A stretch of 53,364 nucleotides of DNA from Acidobacteria bacterium RIFCSPLOWO2_02_FULL_61_28. GTDB lineage: Bacteria > Acidobacteriota > Terriglobia > 2-12-FULL-54-10. Positions 1 to 9,399 of the stretch are shown in pieces. The notes under the pieces were generated by a model. It worked only from the letters and a program-made list of their open reading frames with translations. It had not been told where the DNA came from and did no database searches. Both the position numbers and the translations under genes were made by a program. The stretch is from the NCBI GenBank assembly GCA_001767035.1, contig MEKR01000188.1, positions 1 through 53,364 on the forward strand, written 5' to 3'. Numbering within the stretch: position 1 is the first letter of the stretch; each line of letters opens with the position of its first letter.

Positions 1-740
1 GGCGGGCGGCGTTCGTCGCGGACCACTTGCCCGTCCCGGATGTGCAGGATGCGAAAGGCATGGCTGGCGACGTCCGGCTCGTGCGTCACCACCAACAGCG
101 TATTGCCCTGCTCATGCAGGCGACTGAACAGTTTCAGAATTTCCGCGCCGGTGACCGAGTCGAGATTCCCGGTCGGCTCGTCGGCCAGGATGATGGAAGG
201 GTTGTTCACCAAGGCGCGCGCAATGGCTACCCGCTGCCGCTGCCCCCCCGAAAGCTCATTCGGACGATGGTTTGCCCGGTCGCCCAGCTCGACCATCTGC
301 AAGGCGTGCCGGGCCAACTCCCGCCGCTCGGCGGCCGGCACCCCGCGATAGATCAGAGGCAGCTCCACGTTGCCGAGCGCCGTCGCCCGCGGCAGCAGAT
401 TGAACGTCTGGAAAACGAATCCGATTTCGCGGTTCCGGATGCGCGCCAATTCGTCATCATCGAGCTCACTGACAAGCTGGTGATTGAGCCAGTAGCGGCC
501 CGTCGTGGGCGTATCCAGGCATCCGATCAAATTCATGAGGGTGGATTTGCCGGAGCCGGAAGGCCCCATGATCGCCACGTACTCGCCCCGCCCGATCTCG
601 AGATTCACGCCGCGCAACGCGTAAATTTCTTCCAAGCCCATCCGGTAGGTCTTCGACAGGTCCTCGGTCCGGATGAGTTTTTCGTTCTGCGCTTCCGCCG
701 GGCGCGGAAGCACTTCGCGGGAAGGGGTGCTCGAGGACAT
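1..740 (-). CDS. ABC transporter ATP-binding protein (MacB/LolD type), 3' end runs off the window
   Basis: Manual translation of the minus strand from ATG at 740 (TGATG overlap with the upstream stop) gives Walker [10 protein letters not shown], signature [15 protein letters not shown], Walker [12 protein letters not shown] and H-loop VTHE. Absent from the ORF track because it is open at the edge. Confidence 0.93.
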   Translation of the reverse strand, partial: MSSSTPSREVLPRPAEAQNEKLIRTEDLSKTYRMGLEEIYALRGVNLEIGRGEYVAIMGPSGSGKSTLMNLIGCLDTPTTGRYWLNHQLVSELDDDELARIRNREIGFVFQTFNLLPRATALGNVELPLIYRGVPAAERRELARHALQMVELGDRANHRPNELSGGQRQRVAIARALVNNPSIILADEPTGNLDSVTGAEILKLFSRLHEQGNTLLVVTHEPDVASHAFRILHIRDGQVVRDERRP

Positions 741-2170
741 CAGGACTGCCCGCCCGTCTCGCCGGGAGCGGAGTTGTCAACGCGGACCCGCTCGCCGGAC
801 TTCAGGGTTCGCAAGACCTCGTAGCTGCCGGTTACGATCTCATCGCCTTCCTGAAGCCCCGACAACACCTCGATGTCGGAAAGGCCGCTGATCCCGGTTT
901 GAACGGACTGGAATACGGCCCTGCTGTCACGAATCACGAAGACCCCTTCGAGGTCCTGTTGTCTCTGGGCATCGGAATCCGGAGGGGTGTCGGCGGCTTC
1001 GGTGACGTTCTCGCCTCCAGGCGGATCGAGATCGCGTTGCTGGCGGATGGTGAGCGCCTGGAGCGGAATCGCCAGAACGTTCTTCCGGGTTGCGGTGGTG
1101 ATTTCAGCCGTCGCCGAAAGGCCGGGGCGGAGGTTGGCCTCGGGATTCGCCAAGGTGATCACGACTTTGAAGTCCTTGGCTTGCTGGCTGGAGGTGGCGC
1201 TCTGGGCGGCCGCCAGGCCGGTCGAGCGGATCACTGCCGTGTTGCCGATCTCGGTCACCTGTCCGGAGAACGTGCGTTCCGGAAACGCGTCCACCTTCAC
1301 CTCCGCGGTCTGTTCGAGCCGGACGGCCGCGATGTCGGTCTCATCCACCATCACCTCGGTCGTGATGACGGAGAGGTCGGCAATCGTCATCAGCAGGCTG
1401 CCGGGCATGTTCTGCACGCCTACGACTGCATTCTCGCCCTCGCTGACCGGAAGATCGGTGACCACGCCGTCAATGGGGGCAACAATCGTATGCTTAGTCA
1501 GCGCATCGCTCACACGGTCGAGCACCGCCCGGGCGCGCCGGACTCGCTCCTGCGCGATCCGGGCTTGGGCGCGGGCTTGGTTCAACTGGGCCTGGGCTTG
1601 GGCGCTGCGCGCTTCCGCTTCCTCGACGGCGGCCACGGCCACGGAGTGTTCGGCATGGGCCTGCTCGAAGGCGGCCCGGGAAATCAACTGTTCTTCGTGG
1701 AGTGATTGGGCCCGCTCAAAGTCGCGCTTCGCGCGCTCGAGCTGTGCCCTGGCTCGCGCCAGCGCCGCCACGGCGGTCTTGCCATTGGCCTCCATGGACT
1801 CGACGGCGGCCTGCCCGCTCTCGACATCGGTCTCCGCCGCCGCCAACTCGGCTTGCTGGCCGCGCACGTCCGCCGCCGGCTGGATGGCCTCCAGGCGCGC
1901 CAGCAACTGCCCCTTGCGCACCCGGTCCCCTTCTTTCACGTAAATCCCGGTTATCTTCCCGAAGGCATTCGCGGTGATGTGCACATAGTCGCGGGGCCGC
2001 ACCTCGCCGGAAGCCATGACCACCGCGATCACATCCTGGCGGCGGACCCGAGTGGTCTGGACCGTCTTGGCGCCTCGCCGGTACCAAACAATCCCGGCCG
2101 CTGTCAGCAGGCCCGCGGCCACCAGGAAGGCCAACGGATAAATGATCCGCTTCTTCGTCTTCTGTGCCAT
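740..2170 (-). CDS. Efflux RND/MacA-type periplasmic adaptor subunit (HlyD family)
   Basis: N-terminal TM helix, lipoyl-like [20 protein letters not shown], alpha-hairpin, APIDGVV, LRPGLSA, C-terminal GLQEGDEIV. Start set at MAQKTKK rather than the longer ORF. Confidence 0.92.
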   Translation of the reverse strand: MAQKTKKRIIYPLAFLVAAGLLTAAGIVWYRRGAKTVQTTRVRRQDVIAVVMASGEVRPRDYVHITANAFGKITGIYVKEGDRVRKGQLLARLEAIQPAADVRGQQAELAAAETDVESGQAAVESMEANGKTAVAALARARAQLERAKRDFERAQSLHEEQLISRAAFEQAHAEHSVAVAAVEEAEARSAQAQAQLNQARAQARIAQERVRRARAVLDRVSDALTKHTIVAPIDGVVTDLPVSEGENAVVGVQNMPGSLLMTIADLSVITTEVMVDETDIAAVRLEQTAEVKVDAFPERTFSGQVTEIGNTAVIRSTGLAAAQSATSSQQAKDFKVVITLANPEANLRPGLSATAEITTATRKNVLAIPLQALTIRQQRDLDPPGGENVTEAADTPPDSDAQRQQDLEGVFVIRDSRAVFQSVQTGISGLSDIEVLSGLQEGDEIVTGSYEVLRTLKSGERVRVDNSAPGETGGQS

Positions 2171-2399
2171 GCGAGCGGCGGCAAGAAACCTTTCCCCGTC
2201 GCGCGATTCGACGCGGGGAGTCCTTACTCCTGCCAACCCATTCCTTTCCCGTGCTCCCAAGAAAATTATAGCATCTGCGCGCGACCGTCCCCGCCCATTG
2301 GCCGAAGAAACAACACCCTGGAGCGAGTTTTCGGAAGAAATGCCACTCGGAAGGAGGCGACAGATAGCTTCCTGGGTCTCGGATTTGTGTCAGGAGATG

Positions 2400-2933
2400 T
2401 TAGAAAACGCCGGCCACGGGAAGGTCAAGGCCGGGAAAAAGCGGGCTTGCGACGGCTTCGCCGCAGGAGAACGTCCGGGTGAGTCGCAGCAGGCCGCCCT
2501 CGCGCGCGTAGAGTTCGATGGTCTGCGCCTCCGGGTCCACGAGCCAGCATTCCCGGACTCCAAACTGCGAGTACACCGCGAGCTTGCGGCGGCGGTCCTT
2601 CTCCAGGGTGCTGGAGGAAAGAACTTCGATCGTCAGGTCCGGCGCGCCTTCAATATGCTCTTTGACCGTATCGGGAATGCGCTCACAGCTCACAAACAGG
2701 ATGTCGGGCTGGAGCACGGTGTAGGGGTCGAAGATCGTGTCCACCGGCGAAACCAGCAGTAAGCCGAGCGAATGAGCCTCGACGTAGGTCAGCAGTTGCG
2801 CACACAGTCTCCCGACAATCCTCTGATGGCCCACGTTGGGCGAGGGCGTGATCACCAGTTCCCCGTCAAAGAGCTCGTACTGGTTGCGGCTCTCGGGCAG
2901 GAGGCGATACTGGGCGTAGGTCATTTTGGCCAT
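2400..2933 (-). CDS. Uma2/DUF820 family restriction-endonuclease-like protein
   Basis: YELFDGEL..PSP...HQ, QPDI, APDLTIEVLS, K..Y..GVRECWLVDP pattern. Confidence 0.9.
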   Translation of the reverse strand: MAKMTYAQYRLLPESRNQYELFDGELVITPSPNVGHQRIVGRLCAQLLTYVEAHSLGLLLVSPVDTIFDPYTVLQPDILFVSCERIPDTVKEHIEGAPDLTIEVLSSSTLEKDRRRKLAVYSQFGVRECWLVDPEAQTIELYAREGGLLRLTRTFSCGEAVASPLFPGLDLPVAGVF

Positions 2934-3045
2934 CGTTTATTTCATCGGCAAATGCCCAGCAGTGGTTTACGGCCGAGGGGACAAATGGGCACCGGTCCCG
3001 GCAGGCCGGGACCCTTCCCCCGGCGGGGAGCGACGGGGCTGCCGT

Positions 3046-4125
3046 TTAGGAATCCCGGATCACCCAATTCTCCGGCGGCTTCGAGAACTGCGCCTCGATC
3101 AATTGTCCTTCGCCCCGTTCCAGGAGGCGGGTGACCGTAGCGGTTTCCAGGAAACTTCCGTCGTGGAAACTAATCGTCAACCCGGAATGAACGGGCAGAT
3201 GCTTTTTCAGGGAAAACCAGATGCGGTCCGCGGCGACCCGTTCCGTCAGCACGGATTCCTGGAAGGGTTGGCCTTCCCTGTCTATTCCTTTGACGCGAAG
3301 TTCCAGAGTTAATCCGACGCTCTTTTCCCGCCGCCCCAAGGCCGGATTCGCAGAAGAGGGGGAAGCGGGCGCGGCCTGCTCATCGTCCAGCAAGCGCTGC
3401 ACCTCGATCAAAATGTCTCCGGAAAGCCCCAGACTTTCCGAGGTGACTGCACGGGTTTGGAACACCGGGGGCGCGCTGTCAAAGTGTGCCTCGGCCCACT
3501 TCTCCAACTGGGTGCGGATACGAAAGCCGACGCCGGGCAGTTCCTGCCGCGTTACTTCTGGAAACACGAGAAGAAACGAATCCGGAGTCCACCGCAGCAG
3601 GGAATCTATCGGGCGCGAAAGACGCCGGATCTGGCGGACCAGCTCTTCGGTGAGGGGGCGCGTCTGCGGGTCGAGCGAGAGTTTGTGGAGGTTCGGGACG
3701 GTCATCTCCAGAAGCGAGATCGGGGAGTGCAACCGACTGGAGTAGCTGGCGTGGCGGAGCAGGATGTCCCGGCAGACTTCGGGGTGATGGAACTGCGTAA
3801 TGGGATCGAGCCGCCGCGCGCGCGTGATCGCTTCCTCTTCGAGCAATTGCTCAATGAGGCGGCGCTGGTAGCGGGTCGTCGTCCAACTCTTGCCCACCAA
3901 GTACCCGACGGTCAGCAGCATGAGGAGCACAAAGCCGCCCAGCAACTGGTTCGGGTTGTCCAGGACTTGCGCCAGAGCGACGCTTTGCCGGAGTTGGCCG
4001 TACACGATCACAGCTACGCCCGCGGTGAGCAACAAGATGAGGACAACGGCAAAAATCCGCACCGAGCGGCCCACCTTGAGCAGCGAGTCGCTGGTCAACC
4101 GTTCGATTCGATGGTTTTCATTCAT
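3046..4125 (-). CDS. Membrane protein with two TM helices, a degenerate GGDEF domain and a C-terminal PilZ-like domain
   Basis: Two hydrophobic helices, then RRLDPITQ (DPLTG-like) and LLRWTPDSFLLVFPE (RxGGDEF position). The C-terminus LRVKGIDREGQPFQESVLT resembles acidobacterial PilZ domains. Start set at MNENH. Confidence 0.6.
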   Translation of the reverse strand: MNENHRIERLTSDSLLKVGRSVRIFAVVLILLLTAGVAVIVYGQLRQSVALAQVLDNPNQLLGGFVLLMLLTVGYLVGKSWTTTRYQRRLIEQLLEEEAITRARRLDPITQFHHPEVCRDILLRHASYSSRLHSPISLLEMTVPNLHKLSLDPQTRPLTEELVRQIRRLSRPIDSLLRWTPDSFLLVFPEVTRQELPGVGFRIRTQLEKWAEAHFDSAPPVFQTRAVTSESLGLSGDILIEVQRLLDDEQAAPASPSSANPALGRREKSVGLTLELRVKGIDREGQPFQESVLTERVAADRIWFSLKKHLPVHSGLTISFHDGSFLETATVTRLLERGEGQLIEAQFSKPPENWVIRDS

Positions 4126-4207
4126 AGCTGAAGTCTTCTCCTTCTGGGCCTTGCGACCCGTACCACCGATCTCTTGTCGCGGCTTGCAACCTTGGCTTCG
4201 ATGGCGG

Positions 4208-5290
4208 TCATGGCTGCTGCTTCTCAGCGGCGGGGATAGCCGGCGATGGCTCTTGGTCTGCCGCGTCCTCCAGAGGGACCGCTTCGAGCCCTTCCGTTTC
4301 CGCGATCTCCAGGAACGCCGCCACCACCTGAGGGTCAAAGAGCGTCCCGGCGCAGCGCCGCAACTCTTCCCGGCCGATGGCCGCGGATTGCCCCTTGCGA
4401 TACGGCCGGTCCTGCGTCAGGGCGTCATAGGAGTCGGCGACGGCGAAGATCCTTGCCCCCAGGCTGATCTGGTCTTCGCGCAGCGCGCGGGGGTAGCCGC
4501 TTCCCCCGTAGCGTTCATGGTGTTCGAGCACAATGCGGGCAGCTCCTTCCAGGCCGGGAATGCCCGCCACGATGCGGTATCCGGCTTCCACGTGATTCTT
4601 CATTACGCTATATTCCTTATCGGTCAACGGACCCGGTTTCAATAGGATTCGGTCCGGAACCACCACTTTCCCAATGTCGTGCAGCAAGGCCCCGAGCCGC
4701 AGGGCTTCCTCCTCTTCGGCGCTCAAGCCCATCCGCTCGGCGAGGCGGCAGGCATAGCCCGTCACGCGCCGCACGTGCGCAAACGTCTCCGCATCCCGCA
4801 TCCGCTGCATCTGGGCGAAGGCCTCGGCAATCAACCCCATCATGGCCTGGTTGTGATTGGCGAACTCGTTCAGCAGACCTTGCACGCGCAGCAGCTCCTG
4901 CTCGGTCTTGCGCTGCACTTGCTTCTTGGAGACGGCTTGCTGGACCGAGCGCTCCGCGGTGCTGAAATCGAGCGGCTTAAGCAGGAAGTCGGAAGCCCCG
5001 GACCGCAAGGCCTCGATAGCAACCTCGGCACTTGCCCTTCCGCTCATCAGAACCACCGCCGTTTCCGGATGCGTCTCCAGCACAGTGCGCGCAACTTCCA
5101 GGCCGTCCACGCCAGCCATTCCCACGTCGCTCAACACGGCCTGGGAAGGGCTCTCGCGGAATATGCAGAGTGCCGCTTCGCCGCTCGGCGCCGTGCGGCA
5201 TTGGTATCCCCGCCGCGCGAACAACTCCGCCATCCCATCCCGAATCCCCGACTCATCGTCCACGACCAAGATGCTTTGCTGCTCCAACAT
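4208..5290 (-). CDS. Response regulator with HD-GYP phosphodiesterase domain (RpfG-like)
   Basis: REC domain (ILVVDDE, SDVGM, KP) followed by HDIGK, HHERYGGSGYP and DALTQDRPYR. Start set at MLEQQ. Confidence 0.92.
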   Translation of the reverse strand: MLEQQSILVVDDESGIRDGMAELFARRGYQCRTAPSGEAALCIFRESPSQAVLSDVGMAGVDGLEVARTVLETHPETAVVLMSGRASAEVAIEALRSGASDFLLKPLDFSTAERSVQQAVSKKQVQRKTEQELLRVQGLLNEFANHNQAMMGLIAEAFAQMQRMRDAETFAHVRRVTGYACRLAERMGLSAEEEEALRLGALLHDIGKVVVPDRILLKPGPLTDKEYSVMKNHVEAGYRIVAGIPGLEGAARIVLEHHERYGGSGYPRALREDQISLGARIFAVADSYDALTQDRPYRKGQSAAIGREELRRCAGTLFDPQVVAAFLEIAETEGLEAVPLEDAADQEPSPAIPAAEKQQP

Positions 5291-5850
5291 AGCCTCGCTT
5301 CCTCCGCACTGCGACAGAGGGTCCTCGCACTCCAAATACCAATGGGGGAGATCACGATAAGTAACTAATATTAAATAGGTTACAAATGCATATTCCGCCG
5401 AAGAGCCAAACCGTCCGAAGGCGGGTCGGGCTTCCAGGAGAAACGGCAGTATCCTGTTAAGTATAAGTTTATCAATCAGATAGTTGGCCATCAGAGGAGT
5501 AGATCGGGGCCATTCGGTCTCCTTCTCGACTGTTCAGTTTTTGACATGCGGGGCAAACTCCCGGCGGGCAGGAGCCTCTTCCATCGCCTGGCCGGAAAGA
5601 ACCGAAGAGGGTGGTTTGTGGCCTAAACTACTAGGACTTCACCCCGATTTCCTCTTTTTATCTTCAAGAAGTCCCATAAGTATTAGTCCCAATATAGATT
5701 CTCTTTGGCGAAAGATTTTTTCGCTCCTGCCGCTTTGGGCAGGAGTATAATTGCCTCCGCTGTTCTCAGTTCCAGCGCGAACACGGCGAACTCATGCTCC
5801 AGCTCAACAGCAAGAAATAAGAAACTTTCTCGGTCTCCTGGGCGGGAAGG

Positions 5851-5878
5851 AATCCGAGCCGCGACCGTGAGGGAGCGG
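5851..5878. repeat. Palindromic REP-like element, family A (AATCCGAGCCGCGACCGTGAGGGAGCGG)
   Basis: Related copies at about 6016-6095, 6288-6312 and 24139-24238, and inverted variants at 9266-9292 and 44862-44887. Confidence 0.75.
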
Positions 5879-5903
5879 ACAATCCGGCCGCCAACGAGGA
5901 ACC

Positions 5904-8900
5904 ATGAGGAAAACGCCTGTCGCTGTTTGCTTCTCGTTGCTCGTTGTCGTAGCGACCATCTTCACGCAAGTCCCCAAAGGACAGGAGTCAGAAGTCAGGA
6001 GTCAGAAGTCAGAATCAGAGCCGCGACCCGTTCGGCAAGCTCAGGGCAGGCCGCAAGGGAGCGGTGGTTCTGAATCCGCGACCGTGAGCGAGCGGCCGGA
6101 AGTCGGCAAGCAGCTCGTTTTGGAAACCTACGGGCGATTGCCGCTGAGCTTTGAAGCGAACCACGGCCAGACCGACGGTAGCGTGAAGTTTCTCTCGCGC
6201 GGCAACGGCTACACGCTGTTCCTGACCGCGAACGAAGCAGTGCTAACGCTTCGCAGGAGTCAGGAGTCAGAAGTCAGGAGTCAGAATCAGAGCCCCGACC
6301 GCGAGGGAGGGGGCATTCATCCGAGCCGCACCAATCCGAGCAGTGCGCGCCTGCCCCGAGCGGAGTCGAGGGGTCAGCGAGTGGGCTATCCCCAGGTTAC
6401 GCAGATTCCCCCGATTGTCATCCCGAGGAGCGTTAGCGACGAGGGACCTGTACGTTCTTCACCATCTGTGCCATCTGCGAAATCTGCGGACCTGTACCGG
6501 CTTGCTGTGGATGAAACGGCGGTGCTGCGCATGAAGCTGGTCGGCGCGAATCCAAACCCGGCGGTAACGGGCCTCGCCGAACTGTCCGGCAAGAGCAACT
6601 ACTTCATTGGGAACGACCCCTCGAAGTGGCGCACCAACGTCCCCACTTACGCAAAGGTGAAGTATGAGGATGTCTACCCCGGCATTGACCTGGTCTATTA
6701 CGGCGCACCAGCCCCGGCTGGCCGGGGCCAGCGCCAACTCGAATACGACTTCGTGGTTGCTCCCGGCGCGGACCCACGCGCTATCACGCTCGACTTTGCG
6801 GGCGCGCAGCGAATGGAAATTGATCCGCAGGGCGAGTTGGCGCTCCAGACAAGCGCGGGTGAAGTCCGCTTGCACAAGCCTGTCGTGTATCAGGAGGTCG
6901 GCGGCATTAGGCAGATGGTGGACGGCCATTATGTGCGGAGGGGCAAAGAGGTCGTGGGCTTTGCGGTCGCCTCCTACGATCCGCGCCATCCTCTGATCAT
7001 TGACCCCGTGTTGGTTTACTCCACCTACTTGGGCGGGAGCGGCAACGACAGGGGCTTTGGCATTGCGGTGGATACTTCGGGAAACGCCTATGTGACGGGC
7101 GATACCCAATCGGCCACTTTCCCCGGAACCAGTGCCAGTTCCTTCCAGGCTGCTATCGACGGCGGCCTAGATGCCTTTATAACGAAGCTGAATGCGGCGG
7201 GCAGTTCCCTGGTCTATTCCACCTACCTGGGCGGGAGCGGCTCTACCAGTGGCAACGGCATCGCGGTGGATTCTTTGGGCAACGCCTATGTGACGGGCTG
7301 GACCGAGTCGGGCAACTTCCCCGGAACCAGTTCCAGTCCCATCCAGTCTGCTTTCGCTGGAGTCCAAGACGCCTTTGTGACAAAGCTGAATGCCGCTGGT
7401 AGCGCTTTGGTCTACTCCACCTACCTGGGCGGGAGCAGCGGAGAGAACTACCACCCACAAGCGGGCATCGCCGTGGACCCCTCGGGCAACGCCTATGTGA
7501 CGGGCACTACCTTTTCGAGGGACTTTCCCCTGGTCAATGCTTTCCAGCCCGCTTACGGCGGCAGCTGGGACGCCTTTGTGGCAAAGCTGAATCCTGCGGG
7601 CTCCGCTCTGGTTTACTCCACCTACCTGGGCGGGAGCGGCACCGACAAGGGCTTTGGCATTGCGGTGGATTCTTCGGGCAACGCCTATGTGACGGGCGGG
7701 ACCGGTTCGACCAACTTTCCCACGGCCAATGCCTTGCAGGCCGCTTTTGCAGGCGGCGCCCCGGATGCTTTTTCGGGCGCTGATGCCTTTGTGACGAAGC
7801 TGAATGCCGCCGGCAGCGCTCTGGTCTATTCCACCTACCTGGGTGGGAGCAGCGTCGACCAGGGCAACGGCATTGCGGTGGACTCCACCGGCAACGCCTA
7901 TGTGACGGGCGACACCCTTTCGGGCAATTTCCCGACGGCCAATGCCTTTCAGTCCACTCTTCGCGGCCACTATAACGCCTTTGTGACGAAGCTGAACGCG
8001 GCCGGCACCGCTCTGGTTTATTCTACCTACCTGGGCGGGGGCGCCGAAGGTGGCCACGGCATCGCCGTGGACTCCGCCGGCAACGCCTACGTGACGGGGA
8101 CCACGTTCGGTTCCACCGATTTTCCCACCGCGAACGCTTTCCAGGCAGCGCTTGGCGGCGCCGACGACGCCTTTGCGGCGAAGCTCGATACCAACGCTAC
8201 CGGCGTTGCCTCCCTGGTCTACTCCACCTACCTGGGCGGGAACAGCTTTGAAGAGAGATCTAGCATTGCGGTGGACTCCTCCGGCAACGCCTATGTGACG
8301 GGCTATACCACTTCGGCCAATTTCCCCACAGCGAATGCTTTCCAGGCAGCGTTTGGCGGTAGCACCGACGCTTTTGTATCAAAAATATTTTGTCAGCCCC
8401 CCAACAGCCCGCCCGTTATCACCAGTGTGAGCGGACCGACCAGCCCGATTGCGCTAGGCAACGCTGCGACCGTATCCGCAAACTTCACTGACGCTGACGC
8501 CCAGGACACGCATACCTGTACCTTTGCCTGGGACGATAGCAGCTCGAGCCCAGGCGCTGTTACAGAGCCGACGACTAGCATCCCCGGCCAGTGCATGGCA
8601 TCGCATACCTACGCCACCGCCGGTGTTTACGCTGTTGCAATCACGGTCACCGACAACAGCGGGGCCAGCGCCTCCACCACGTTCGAGTCCGTGGTGATCT
8701 TTGCCGCGAACGCCGGCTTCATTACCGGGGGCGGCTGGATTAACTCACCCGCGAGTGCTTATGCGGCCAACCGGAGCTTGAGTGGGAAAGCGAATTTCGG
8801 CTTTGTCTCGAAATACCAGAAGGGCGCGAACACGCCCACGGGTCAAACCGAATTCCAGTTCCCAGCCGCTAATTTCAACTTCCACAGCAGTGTTTGCGAA

Positions 8901-9155
8901 TGGCTGGTCGTGGCCGGGGCAATGGCGCAGTACAAAGGAAGCGGCACCGTCAACGGCGCGGGCAACTACGGCTTCCTGCTGACGGCGACTGATCGTCAAT
9001 TGCCCGTTGGCGGAGGGGTAGATAAGTTTCGGATCAAGATTTGGAACAAGGCGACCAACGCGGTGATTTACGACAACGTCGGAGGCTCAGACGACATAGA
9101 CTCGGCCAATCCGCAGGCGATCAGCGGCGGGAGCATCGTCATCCACAATCAGTAG
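5904..9155 (+). CDS. Secreted SBBP-repeat beta-propeller protein with PKD/Ig-like C-terminal domains; carries in-frame repeat insertions in its N-terminal region
   Basis: Signal peptide, YGRLPLSFEANHGQ domain, seven LVYSTYLGGS..GIAVDSSGNAYVTG..DAFVTKLN repeats, PKD-like HTYATAGVYAV. Confidence 0.9.
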   Translation: MRKTPVAVCFSLLVVVATIFTQVPKGQESEVRSQKSESEPRPVRQAQGRPQGSGGSESATVSERPEVGKQLVLETYGRLPLSFEANHGQTDGSVKFLSRGNGYTLFLTANEAVLTLRRSQESEVRSQNQSPDREGGGIHPSRTNPSSARLPRAESRGQRVGYPQVTQIPPIVIPRSVSDEGPVRSSPSVPSAKSADLYRLAVDETAVLRMKLVGANPNPAVTGLAELSGKSNYFIGNDPSKWRTNVPTYAKVKYEDVYPGIDLVYYGAPAPAGRGQRQLEYDFVVAPGADPRAITLDFAGAQRMEIDPQGELALQTSAGEVRLHKPVVYQEVGGIRQMVDGHYVRRGKEVVGFAVASYDPRHPLIIDPVLVYSTYLGGSGNDRGFGIAVDTSGNAYVTGDTQSATFPGTSASSFQAAIDGGLDAFITKLNAAGSSLVYSTYLGGSGSTSGNGIAVDSLGNAYVTGWTESGNFPGTSSSPIQSAFAGVQDAFVTKLNAAGSALVYSTYLGGSSGENYHPQAGIAVDPSGNAYVTGTTFSRDFPLVNAFQPAYGGSWDAFVAKLNPAGSALVYSTYLGGSGTDKGFGIAVDSSGNAYVTGGTGSTNFPTANALQAAFAGGAPDAFSGADAFVTKLNAAGSALVYSTYLGGSSVDQGNGIAVDSTGNAYVTGDTLSGNFPTANAFQSTLRGHYNAFVTKLNAAGTALVYSTYLGGGAEGGHGIAVDSAGNAYVTGTTFGSTDFPTANAFQAALGGADDAFAAKLDTNATGVASLVYSTYLGGNSFEERSSIAVDSSGNAYVTGYTTSANFPTANAFQAAFGGSTDAFVSKIFCQPPNSPPVITSVSGPTSPIALGNAATVSANFTDADAQDTHTCTFAWDDSSSSPGAVTEPTTSIPGQCMASHTYATAGVYAVAITVTDNSGASASTTFESVVIFAANAGFITGGGWINSPASAYAANRSLSGKANFGFVSKYQKGANTPTGQTEFQFPAANFNFHSSVCEWLVVAGAMAQYKGSGTVNGAGNYGFLLTATDRQLPVGGGVDKFRIKIWNKATNAVIYDNVGGSDDIDSANPQAISGGSIVIHNQ

Positions 9156-9391
9156 GGGAGTGGTGAGTAGTGAGTGGAGAGTAGGGGAAAACGGGGAACA
9201 GGGAACAGGGAACAGGGAACAGGGAAGAACAACCCCATTCCCCACTCCCTATTCTCCTAGATTGCCCGCTTGCTTACGCGCGCGGCTCGGATGATAAGAA
9301 CAGTGACGAGTGAAGAGTGATAAGTGACGAGCAGGGGAAAAACTCACTCAGCCTGTTCTTGCTCGTCACTCGACACTTGTCACTCATCACT
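9156..9391. repeat. Repeat cluster between convergent genes: (GGGAACA)n heptamers, a family-A REP (9266-9292) and an inverted (AGTGACG)n heptamer hairpin (9301-9391)
   Basis: Tandem gggaaca units; cagtgacgagtgaagagtgataagtgacgag ... ctcgtcactcgacacttgtcactcatcactg form inverted arms. Confidence 0.8.
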
Positions 9392-9399
9392 GCTTTTAC

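Noticed and set aside
5291-5491. N-terminal extension of the HD-GYP ORF
   Set aside because: AT-rich, promoter-like DNA; the REC domain starts at ATG 5290, which has a ggaagcgagg RBS-like sequence upstream.
7010-8390. Seven long DNA repeats, considered as a CRISPR array or DGR template/variable repeats
   Set aside because: They are SBBP propeller blades within one ORF; no unique spacers, cas genes or reverse transcriptase in the window.
9156-9391. Heptamer repeats considered as a CRISPR array
   Set aside because: Units are 7 bp, contiguous and inverted, with no spacers.
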